Assembly: GCF_051058965.1 (NCBI RefSeq)
Contig: NZ_CP183924.1
DNA from: Corallococcus exiguus
Lineage (GTDB): Bacteria; Myxococcota; Myxococcia; Myxococcales; Myxococcaceae
Length of the DNA stretch: 64,000 bases
Strand: one strand, 5' to 3'
Positions 47,726 to 56,800 of this stretch are shown here, one piece after another (position 1 is the first letter of the stretch; each line of letters opens with the position of its first letter). The translations under genes and the position numbers were made by a program. Under the pieces are notes generated by a model. The model ran no database searches. It had not been told where the DNA came from and was given only the letters and a program-made list of their open reading frames with translations.

Positions 47726-50125
47726 TCAGGCGGCGCGCGAGCCCTTGTCCTCGAAGTAGGCGCGGCGGGCGCGGGCGCAGGTGGGGCACTGCCACTGCAC
47801 CAGGGTGAGGTGGCGGTCGCCCAGGACGACGGCCTCGTGGCGGAGCGACTCCCGAGGGGCCTCGCTGGTGGCTCCGCAGGCGCAGCGCAGCCGGTCCAGC
47901 GTGGAGAGCAGCTCCTGGGGGCTGGTGATGGGGATGGCGGACCCGGCGCTGTCGCCCCGGTGGTCCGCGTCGAACTTGCGTGCGAAGGCGCGGCGCCGGC
48001 CCCAGGCGCGGCCCTTGCGCCAGAGCGCCACCGGGCCGCCCTGCGCGATGACGAACCACAGCACGAGGCACGTCGCGATGACGCCCAGGAGGATGACACC
48101 CGCCTCGCCGGACGGAACGGACGAGGCCTGGTCGCGGGCGGCCCGGCTCCTGAGTTGGATGGCGTAGCCGCGCTGGGCTTCGGTGGTGCGCACGGCCTTC
48201 ACGTACTCGGCGATGCGCTCGGGCGGGACCGAGTCCGCGGTGCTGCGATAGCTGTAGTCGAGCAGCAGCGTCTTGCCTTCGGCGCGCGTGTCGGCCACGA
48301 AGCGGAAGGCCGGACCGTCCACGACCTCGTACTCCGTTTTGACAGGGGGCAGCTCGCCGGCCTTCAGCGTGATGCGGTGGCGGGCGAAGACGGGGTGCTC
48401 CACCTCCAGTGGGTAGGCTCGGTGGGAGTAGTTCGGCACGGCGAGGTGCTGTCGCAGGCCATGCGCGCGGAACTCCCGGCGACCGTCCGAGGTCCAGAAG
48501 TCCTCGATGCGGTAGTGCTCTTGCGTGACAAGCACGTTCGTCACGGTGTCGTCGTCCACCGTCAGGGGCTTCGCGATGGAGATGTTCGCGTCCGTCTTCG
48601 CGTAGTAGTTGAAGTAGAGGCGGGACACCTCGGACAGGGACGTGCCCGCGAGCGCGCGGCGCATGGAGTTGGCGGCCGCCCCCGTGCGCGTGGTGACGAC
48701 GTCGAGTGTCGCGGCCCCGTCGCGGCCCATCGCGACGTAGGTCTCGTCCACGAAGATGGAGGGCTCCGTCAGCGTGGGCGTGGGGATGACGGAGAGCGCC
48801 GTGGTGGCGGGGGCGACGAGGAGGGCCCGGCCGTAGGAGGGCGGCTCGTAGCTGTCGAGCCCGCCGCGCTCCAGCGCCGCCGTGGGATCCACCCACAGCT
48901 CGCGGCCAGCCACGGTGGCGTGGACGATGACGTGGTTGAACGCGGTGGCGGTGGGACGCAAGCCGTCCAGCAGCTGCGTGAGGTCCGTGCTCACGAGCGC
49001 CGGCTGCGCGTCGATGCCCAGCCCCTTGAGGAGCGACACCAGGAGGAGCGACTTGTCCTTGCAGTCGCCGAAGCGGCGCTGGAGGACCTCGTCGGGCGGA
49101 TGGGGCTGGTGGGAGTTGGCGCCCATCTCGATGCCCAGGTAGCGCACCTCGTCCTGGACGAAGCGCAGCGCGGCGAGGAAGCGCGCCTCCGGGGTGGGCT
49201 CCTTCGAAAGCCGGCGGACCTCCTGCTCCAGCGACTTCGAGCGGGCGGGCACCTGGAACAGCGTGGAGGCCCAGCGCGCGACGTCGTTCCAGTCCTTGTA
49301 TTCGCTGAACTGGATCCACGGGTAGACGGGCTGCCAGCCGGGGACGTTGTCCTCGTGGCGGACCGCGGGCACGTGGTGGCGCTCCAGGATGATTTCACGT
49401 TCGCCATTCAGCATCGACTCCGAGCGCGACAGGCCCGGCGCGGCGAAGTCCCGGATGAAGAGCGTGCGCCCCCGCCCTTCCGGCCACAGCAGCCGGTAGG
49501 CGAAGTGGACCACGGGATAGGAATGGCCCACGCCGACGACGTCGGAGAAGCGTCCGCCAAAGACGGGGTTGGCGCCTTCGAAGGAGTACGCGACCTCCAC
49601 CGTGTCGCCCACGCGCACGTCGCGGAGGAAGGGCACCACGGAGAGGTTGCCGTTGTAGAGCCGGTTCTGGAGCTCGGTCTCCTGCTGGATGACCCGGGCC
49701 TCGGCGGGCTGGAAGACGTCCTCGCGGCGGCCGTCGCGGATGCGCCAGATGCCGTGGACGGTGAGCTTCTGGTACGTCGGATCGAAGCGGAACTGGATGT
49801 CCGTGACGCGGTCGATGCCCCGCGGCGAGAGGACCTTCTGGGCCGAGTGCAGGTAGTGCTCGCGCGATGGGCCGGACACGCGCACCTGTTCCTCGATCAG
49901 CAGCCGGGAGACGCTGGTCTCCTCCTCGCCCTCGGGCGTCGGGCCGGGGTCTGGAGGAATGGGAAGCGGCTTCACCCACGCGGCGGGAGGCCCGACGCGG
50001 AACGGCCTGGCGTTCGTCGCCGCCGGTGCCGCCCCGGCGCTCAAGGACAGACACAGACACAGCAGCAGGACGGACACCGGAAAGAAGTCCGGTACCAGGA
50101 GGACGGAACGGAAGGTTCGGCGCAT
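47726..50125 (-). CDS. DUF3857 + transglutaminase-like domain protein with a C-terminal TM segment and a Cys-rich zinc-ribbon-like tail
   Basis: Signal MRRTFRSVLLVPDFFPVSVLLLCLCLSLSAGAAP. The transglutaminase core is RRFGDCKDKSLLLVSLLKGLGIDA. The late TM is GVILLGVIATCLVLWFVIAQ. The tail reads ...CACGATSEAP...CPTCARARR. Confidence 0.7.
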   Translation of the reverse strand: MRRTFRSVLLVPDFFPVSVLLLCLCLSLSAGAAPAATNARPFRVGPPAAWVKPLPIPPDPGPTPEGEEETSVSRLLIEEQVRVSGPSREHYLHSAQKVLSPRGIDRVTDIQFRFDPTYQKLTVHGIWRIRDGRREDVFQPAEARVIQQETELQNRLYNGNLSVVPFLRDVRVGDTVEVAYSFEGANPVFGGRFSDVVGVGHSYPVVHFAYRLLWPEGRGRTLFIRDFAAPGLSRSESMLNGEREIILERHHVPAVRHEDNVPGWQPVYPWIQFSEYKDWNDVARWASTLFQVPARSKSLEQEVRRLSKEPTPEARFLAALRFVQDEVRYLGIEMGANSHQPHPPDEVLQRRFGDCKDKSLLLVSLLKGLGIDAQPALVSTDLTQLLDGLRPTATAFNHVIVHATVAGRELWVDPTAALERGGLDSYEPPSYGRALLVAPATTALSVIPTPTLTEPSIFVDETYVAMGRDGAATLDVVTTRTGAAANSMRRALAGTSLSEVSRLYFNYYAKTDANISIAKPLTVDDDTVTNVLVTQEHYRIEDFWTSDGRREFRAHGLRQHLAVPNYSHRAYPLEVEHPVFARHRITLKAGELPPVKTEYEVVDGPAFRFVADTRAEGKTLLLDYSYRSTADSVPPERIAEYVKAVRTTEAQRGYAIQLRSRAARDQASSVPSGEAGVILLGVIATCLVLWFVIAQGGPVALWRKGRAWGRRRAFARKFDADHRGDSAGSAIPITSPQELLSTLDRLRCACGATSEAPRESLRHEAVVLGDRHLTLVQWQCPTCARARRAYFEDKGSRAA

Positions 50126-50303
50126 GGAGGAAGGGCGCTCATCATGGAGCCCGGATGACGCGCCGGGCAAGGCGCCCCCTGGGACACCGGGCGAGCGGCC
50201 CCGCTTCATTCACCAGTGAAAACCGTCATGCAGGCCAAGCCTGGAATTGCCGTGACACGGGCTAGGGTTCCGGCCATCGGTTGGAAGGCCCAGGAGGCTG
50301 GCG

Positions 50304-51272
50304 ATGGTCAACGTGAGGCAGGTCGCGACGCGGCTGAAGAGTGCGTTCCTGGCGGACCCGGAGCGCTTCTATACGAACGAGACAGGGGCCTGGGTGGCGG
50401 GGATGCCGGCGCCGAGCGACATCCGGGTGACGACGGGCCGGGAGCCCTTCTGGATCAACCTGGGCTACTGGAAGCACGTGGAGAAGGTGGACGACTCCAA
50501 CGTGGAGCGCGTGGGGGAGCTGTTCCGGTCCGCCCAGGCGGAGATGGCGCGCCTGTTGGCGAGGACCGCGAAGCTGGGGCCTGGGGATGCCGTCTTGGAC
50601 TGCGGCTTCGGGTACGCGGACCAGGACCTGCTGTGGGCGGAGGAGTTCAAGCCCGCGAGCATCGTCGGGGTGAACATCACGCCGAACCAGGTGAAGGTGG
50701 GCCGGGAGCGCGTGAAGCTGACGGGGTTGGAGGGCGTGGTCCGGCTGGAGGTGGGGAGCGCGACGGCGCTGCCGGGGCTGGAGGGAGCATTCGACGTGGT
50801 GTTCGCGCTGGAGTCCGCGATGCACTTCCGGATGCGGCAGGACTTCCTGCGCGAGGCCTTCCGGGTGCTGAAGCCGGGAGGCCGGCTGGTGATGGCGGAC
50901 ATGGCGCAGAAGACGGACCGTGAGGCTGGAGCAGGACTCCGAGCGCGGCTGCGCTACCGCTACTGGCGGGGGCTGATTGCCTTCCCGGAGGAGAACGTCT
51001 GGTCGACGGAGCGCTACCGGGAGGAGCTGCGGCGGGCGGGGTTCCAGGACGTGAAGGTGGAGTCCATCGCGGAGGATGTGTACCCGGCGGTGAACACGGC
51101 GCTGGTGGCGCTGCGGGGCATGACGCAGTTGGAGAGGCAGCAGGGAAGCACGTCCCTGCACCAGGTGCGCGCGGACGTGCACAAGGCGATGCGGATGACA
51201 CCGGAGCAGCTCCAGTGGCCCGCGCTGTTCAACTGCGACGAGTACGCCGTGGTGTCCGCGCGCAAGCCGTGA
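50304..51272 (+). CDS. Class I SAM-dependent methyltransferase
   Basis: Motif I is VLDCGFGYADQ. Motif post-I/II is VVRLEVGSATALP...FDVVFALESAMHF. LKPGGRLVM is also present. Confidence 0.8.
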   Translation: MVNVRQVATRLKSAFLADPERFYTNETGAWVAGMPAPSDIRVTTGREPFWINLGYWKHVEKVDDSNVERVGELFRSAQAEMARLLARTAKLGPGDAVLDCGFGYADQDLLWAEEFKPASIVGVNITPNQVKVGRERVKLTGLEGVVRLEVGSATALPGLEGAFDVVFALESAMHFRMRQDFLREAFRVLKPGGRLVMADMAQKTDREAGAGLRARLRYRYWRGLIAFPEENVWSTERYREELRRAGFQDVKVESIAEDVYPAVNTALVALRGMTQLERQQGSTSLHQVRADVHKAMRMTPEQLQWPALFNCDEYAVVSARKP

Positions 51273-51314
51273 CGGTGGTTGACGGACTGGGGCGGAGCGG
51301 CGGTAATCGGAAGC

Positions 51315-51413
51315 GGTAGGGCCTCCGGACCTGGTGGCCGGCCCGGTCTTCAAAACCGGTGAGGGGCTGCGAGAGCAGTCCCTGGCGAGTTCGATTCCCG
51401 TGCCCTACCGCCA
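51315..51413 (+). tRNA. selC: tRNA-Sec (selC-like; anticodon UCA)
   Basis: I folded it by hand. The acceptor stem is 8 bp (GGTAGGGC / GCCCTACC) with discriminator G and an encoded CCA at 51411-13. The D-stem is CCGG/CCGG. The anticodon stem is CCGGT/ACCGG with loop cTTCAaa (TCA at 51350-52). The variable arm is long, 8 bp (GGGGCTGC-gaga-GCAGTCCC), resembling E. coli selC. The T-loop is TTCGATT, with one A.C mismatch in the T-stem. Total length 99 nt. Confidence 0.6.
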
Positions 51414-51507
51414 TCTGCTTGCGGCCTGATGTCAGAGCCGCAGACGCGACAGGCCTTGTCTGAGGATGGACAGGTAATTGACGGCCAGCGTGTCGTAGCG
51501 GGAGCCA

Positions 51508-53790
51508 ATGGCACGCTTGTCCGTACTCCGTGCCGATGGATGCAGGTCCGTGACCGGGTACCCCGGACCGGTTATACGTCCCCCGTTCACCAGGGGAGAC
51601 ACCGTGTCCGAAGAGTTGGAGGTCGCTAGCGCATGCTGGTTGCTGTTCAAGAAGGCGCGGGAGTGGCCCTCCAAGAAGCTCTTCGCCCGCAGCTACCCCC
51701 ATTGGGCCGCCCCCGTCCTGAGCTCCCAGAAGAAGTGGCCCCACATCCATGTCAGTAGCGAGATCAGACCTGACTGGGAACTCCTCTTCATTCTTCCGGA
51801 GACGCGCACCCTCCTCGCCCCGCTCCCTGCATTCATCCGTGATGTGGCCGCCCGGGTCGTTGCGAACCCCATTTATCGCAACGATCATTCATCGCGGTTG
51901 AACCTCACGCTGAAGGACTTCGAGCGATTCTGGAGCAACGCCGATACAGCCAGGCTCGCGGCAGATCTGCTGACCAAGCTGTGGAATCCCTGGCTCGGCT
52001 GGGGAAGCTCAGATTCGGAGGGCGTCAGGTTCCATCCACACCTGGATGTACTCCGATATGAGCATGTCCAGGGGCTCGACGAGTTGCTTCAGCAAAGCCA
52101 CCTGCCGCCGAGCGGCGCCCAGAAAAAGGTCGCCGAGCCCGAAGGCACGTATCTGCAGCTCCTGCACCGGATTCACGAGCATCTCAAGCGAACTGGCACC
52201 TGGCCCGAGGCCGTTCCCTTCACGGTAGCGCACCGCGACCTTGGCTTCATCCCGGATCTCGTCGACCGGCTTGAACCCGAGTTCATCCGGAGAGCATGGA
52301 AAGGGACACGGGACGAGAAACTCAAGCTCACCTTCAAGAGCCTTGACCGGGTCACATCCGCGCACGAACGACACCTTCTCGCTCAGGCAGTCCGGGCCAT
52401 GGCCCAGATCTGGCTGGACACGGATGAGCCCGATTCCAACTTCGGCATCACCGCCGAGATGGTTGCGCATGAATCGAAGCTTTCGCAGGCAGAGGTGGGC
52501 CCCTTGTTGCGATACCTGGAGCAGGCGTTCTGGGTAACAATCGAGCCCTCGGACTGGGTGGAACAGCCCTGGAAGTTACTGGTCAATGACAAGATTGGCC
52601 TCCTGAAGAACGTGGAGATCTGGGAGGATTATCTCCGAGCCATCCAAGAGGAGGAAAAAGCTCAGCACCATGCGGTAATCAGTTCGGTTGATCTGGAACG
52701 ACTCGCCAACGTATCAGAAGGCTTTTTCGCACCAGCCCGCGAGCCGCCCGCCCTGGGTAAGAAAGGGCGCAGCCGACGCGCCAAGAAGGCAAAGCCGATA
52801 TTCATCAGCCATGCCGCGAAGGACAAGGAGCTTGTCGATGCCTTCGTGGAGCTTCTTGTGTTCGGAATGGGCGTCGACGCCGACGACATGGTCTGCAGTT
52901 CCCTGAGTCAGCAGGCTGTTCCATTGGGAAACAAGTTCAGGGATTACCTGAGAGATTCCGTCAATGGCTGCTCCCTGTTCATCTGCCTCGTCTCCAAGAA
53001 CTTCTACGCCAGCACGTTCGCTCTTTGTGAAGTCGGTGCGGCCTGGGGCGCAAATAAGATCATTGTCCCCGTGATGGTGCCTCCCCTGGGGCCAGAGGAT
53101 CTGGAAGCCGTGCTCCAAGATGGATGGCAGGCCGTCGAGCTACTGAATGGCGACCAGTTGGCACAAGTGGAAGGACTTCTCCGCAAGCACCTCGGGGGTA
53201 CTGGCGACATCGGCCGCTGGAACCACCAGCTTCGGAAGTTCCTGAAAACGGCTCGGGAAGTGGGGCAGGATGCCTCCAGAGATGCTTCAGGCCAGGACAC
53301 TCACTCACCTGAGCGCGCAGGTCATGACATACACAAGCAAGCAGGAGCGTCTTCCAGCGTCCGAAATGTCCAAGCCTCTGACCCGCCGGACTGGCAGACC
53401 TTCGTGAAGCTTGTTGGGGCGGTAAGAGCGGCCAGCGAACCGCTCTCTCCCGTGCTGCGAGCGGCAGCCTATGCGACAGGCTCTGGAATGGCGGGAGAGG
53501 TTATCGGCAGAGATTACAAAGACATCCGTGACGCTGAAGACCGCGGCATGCTCGTGTTCGACGCGAACAAGTTCTGGGCGGACGACGACAGCCGGCTCAT
53601 GCGCAGTGTTGTCGAGCCCTTCAATGCCTTGAAAGGCTTCCTCCAGCAGGCAAGCGATCGCTTCCACCTTGAGCACGAGAAACGATACGGGTTTGTCGCG
53701 GATATGCAGAAGCTGCGATTCGCGGAAGTACACATTGGGTTCAGCTGGGTCTACGGCACACCGGATCCGGACGACAACATCCCATTCTGA
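51508..53790 (+). CDS. Large (about 760 aa) hypothetical protein with a central TIR-like domain. It is the first gene of the post-tRNA island.
   Basis: A central block reads KKAKPIFISHAAKDKELVDAFVELLVFGMGVDADDMVCSS...GNKFRDYLRDSVNGCSLFICLVSKNFYASTFALCEVGAAWGANKIIVPVMV. This is the TIR_2-like pattern (FISH...D, then SKNYxxSxWC.E). I could not assign the N-terminal approximately 430 aa or the C-terminal approximately 230 aa. GC is noticeably lower than in the flanks. The start is uncertain (ATG 51508 or GTG 51604). Confidence 0.55.
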   Translation: MARLSVLRADGCRSVTGYPGPVIRPPFTRGDTVSEELEVASACWLLFKKAREWPSKKLFARSYPHWAAPVLSSQKKWPHIHVSSEIRPDWELLFILPETRTLLAPLPAFIRDVAARVVANPIYRNDHSSRLNLTLKDFERFWSNADTARLAADLLTKLWNPWLGWGSSDSEGVRFHPHLDVLRYEHVQGLDELLQQSHLPPSGAQKKVAEPEGTYLQLLHRIHEHLKRTGTWPEAVPFTVAHRDLGFIPDLVDRLEPEFIRRAWKGTRDEKLKLTFKSLDRVTSAHERHLLAQAVRAMAQIWLDTDEPDSNFGITAEMVAHESKLSQAEVGPLLRYLEQAFWVTIEPSDWVEQPWKLLVNDKIGLLKNVEIWEDYLRAIQEEEKAQHHAVISSVDLERLANVSEGFFAPAREPPALGKKGRSRRAKKAKPIFISHAAKDKELVDAFVELLVFGMGVDADDMVCSSLSQQAVPLGNKFRDYLRDSVNGCSLFICLVSKNFYASTFALCEVGAAWGANKIIVPVMVPPLGPEDLEAVLQDGWQAVELLNGDQLAQVEGLLRKHLGGTGDIGRWNHQLRKFLKTAREVGQDASRDASGQDTHSPERAGHDIHKQAGASSSVRNVQASDPPDWQTFVKLVGAVRAASEPLSPVLRAAAYATGSGMAGEVIGRDYKDIRDAEDRGMLVFDANKFWADDDSRLMRSVVEPFNALKGFLQQASDRFHLEHEKRYGFVADMQKLRFAEVHIGFSWVYGTPDPDDNIPF

Positions 53791-53839
53791 AGTCGTGGGT
53801 CAGTGACAGTTCCCCCTGTTCATTCATGGAGACATCCTC

Positions 53840-56800
53840 ATGAGCGGCACGGCCCCCAAGAGCTGGGATCTCTTCCTCAGCTACAACAGCAGAGACCATG
53901 CGCTCGCGACGAAGCTGGCCTACCGCCTGCGCAGTGAGGGGCTCCAGCCGTGGTTCGACAAGTGGGAGCTGATTCCAGGGGAACCGTGGCTGCCCGCTGT
54001 AGAGCATGGAATCGCAGAGTGCCCATGCATGGTGGTGTGCATCGGAGCCTCTGGCTGGGGGCCGGTCCAGGACGCCGAAGCCCAGAACGCACGGATTCGC
54101 GCCATGCTCGACAGCAAACGACGGGTCATCCCAGTGTTCATGGCCGGAGTCGAACAGGTCGAGCTTCCAGGGCTGCTGAAGAACCTGGCGTATGTTGACC
54201 TCCGAGGGAACTCCGACGAGGAGTTTCGACGATTGACCCTGGCGATTGGAGGCCTCACCGCCAAACCGAGACCCGCGACCGTCGGCGATTGCCCCTACCG
54301 GGGGCTGCAACCCTTCGAAAGCCGGCACGCCGGGATGTTCTTCGGCAGGCAGGAAGATGTCTCGGGCCTGCTCGACCGGCTAGGTCGCGCACAGCGCCTG
54401 CTTCTCATCGTGGGCCCCTCTGGGAGCGGTAAGTCGTCACTGGTCATGGCGGGGCTGCTTCCGGCGGTCGCTTCCGGGCAGCTCCATGGCTCGTACGACT
54501 GGCGTGTTGTCAGCGTGCGCCCGGGGGTACGGCCCTGCCATGAACTCGCGGTGGCCCTGGGCAGCCTTGATGAAACGCCGCCCGCGGACGGGGTGGCTCG
54601 CCTCCAGGCTCGCCGCAAGTGTTTGCGTGAGGACCCCGAGTCACTCAGCGACCAGGTGGACCTCCTGCTTCAACAGCTGCCGCGCGCTTGTCGGCTCCTG
54701 TTGCTTGTCGATCAATTGGAAGAGGTGTTTTCGCAATGTCAGGACAGCGCAGACCGAGAAGCCTTCCTGGCCAACCTCGTACATGCGGGGACCATCGCAG
54801 GAGGTCGCGTGCATGTCGTGGCGACACTTCGCTCGGACTTCCTCGGTCGCCTTCAGGAGTGGCCCGGAATCGCAGGGCACCTGAACGGCTCCACATATCT
54901 CATGCGCTCGATGGCCGAGGCCGAGCTGCATGAAACCGTGGCACAGCCAGCGCAGCTCTCTGAACTGCGCTTCGAGCCGGGGCTCATCGAGGAGCTCCTC
55001 ACCGCGGTGCGCGCCCAGCCAGGTGACCTCCCCCTGCTCCAGTTCACGCTGCTCCAGCTTTGGAAGGAGCGCCAGGGAGACACGCTCACCTGGGAGGCCT
55101 ATGAGCGCATCCGTCGGCTGAAAGGGGCCATCACGCGCAGCGCGGAGCAGTGCCTCTTGACGCTCACGGAGCCCCAGCAGTCCTTGGTCCCACGGGTGTT
55201 CCGTCGACTGGTTATCGTCGGCGACGAAACCGGCGACACGCGCCGCCGCGCTTCTCGTGAAGAACTCGAAGCCCTTGGAGCAGAGGTCCCGATAATCCTC
55301 GAGCGCTTCATCTCCGAGCGCCTGCTGGTGGCCAGTGACGGTCTGGTGGAGTTGGCCCATGAAGCCCTGGTGCGCGGCTGGGAGCGACTCCGCGAATGGC
55401 TGGAAGAGGAGCGAGAGCTCCTGATGCTGCGCCAGGAGGTCGAACGTGCTTCGGAGGCATGGCGGCGCTCCGGTCAGTCCACCGACGAACTCTGGAGGGG
55501 CAGCCGTATGTCGCGGACTGGGGAGCTGAAAGACGCCCTGGCTCCCCTTCTCACCGAAAGGGAGCGGGCCTTTCTGGACGAGTCGAGAGAAACGCTGCGC
55601 CGCGACACCGAGCGTGCCGATCTGGCCGTGGCGAGGATGCTCGCGATGCGCTCGGCACAGGTGCGTCCACATCGCCCCATGCTGTCCGTGCTGCTGGCCC
55701 GCGAGGCGGTCAGGCGCTACTCCCACCCCGAGACGCGCTCGGAGCTGTACGCCGCACTGCTGGACAGCCCACTGCGCGAGGTCATCCAACTGGCGGGAGG
55801 AGCAAGAACCGGACAGCCATTGTTCCGTCCGAGCCCTGATGGGGCGACGTTCTTCGTGTGCTCAAGCGGTATGGCGGCACTTGTGTCGCGGGCTGGGAAG
55901 CTCATCACGGAGCTGCCCGTGAAGAGCCTCGACGTGAAGTTCGTGAGATTCAGTCCGGACAGAGAGCGGCTCGCAGTCATTCCCACCCAGCGCGTCGAGG
56001 GAATCGCGGCGTGGCTCTTCAGCGCTCGCGGAGAACTCATCTCCACACTCCGGGATGGCGGTTCTCAAGAGCCAACCGACTGTGCAAGCTTCAGTCCGGA
56101 TGGGCAGCATCTTCTGACCGCGCGCAGCGATGGCGCCGTGCGACTGTGGAATGTCGCCCTTGGCCATGCTGCGTATCTGCCCACCGGTGTAGGCTTTTCC
56201 TACGGACACTTCAGTCCAGACGGAACGAGGCTGCTTACGCTGTCCTCCGAAAGTCGTACAGCGAACCTATGGAGCACCGAAGGTGAGCGGCTCCACGAAC
56301 TGAAGGGGCACGAGCACCGAATCATCCATGGAAGGTGGAGCCCGGACAGCACCCATGTCCTCACGAGCGCAAGGGATGGTACCGCACGCATCTGGGACCG
56401 GGATGGCAAATCCATTGCGACACTGACCGGACACGCTGCTCCGCTCACCTATGGCTCTTTCGACCCTTCAGGCAGCCGCGTCCTTACGGTCAGTGAGGAC
56501 TCCACCGCGCGGCTCTGGGATTTGACGGGCAAGAGCCTCCTCATTCTTCGTGATGCGACCCGGGCGCTTGAGTTCTGTTCCTGGAGCCCCCAGGGCCGGC
56601 ACTTCCTGACCTGGAACCAGCATCAACTGCGCATCTACCGTGACAGTGGCCGGCTCCTCACCACGCTTCAAGAACACGAGGTGCCCGGGCGCGACCATGC
56701 AACGTGGAGTTCGGACGGAGCGTCGCTGATGACGTCGCACGCCGGCAGACATGACAAGGAGGGGCCTGAGATCCAGGTCTGGGCCGTGGAACCCGCGCCG

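Noticed and set aside
47810-50158. 782-aa plus-strand ORF antisense to the transglutaminase-like gene, plus 46464..49319 minus-strand ORF
   Set aside because: Junk composition. It conflicts with supported genes (the TPR-zincin gene, the lipoprotein, DUF3857/transglutaminase).
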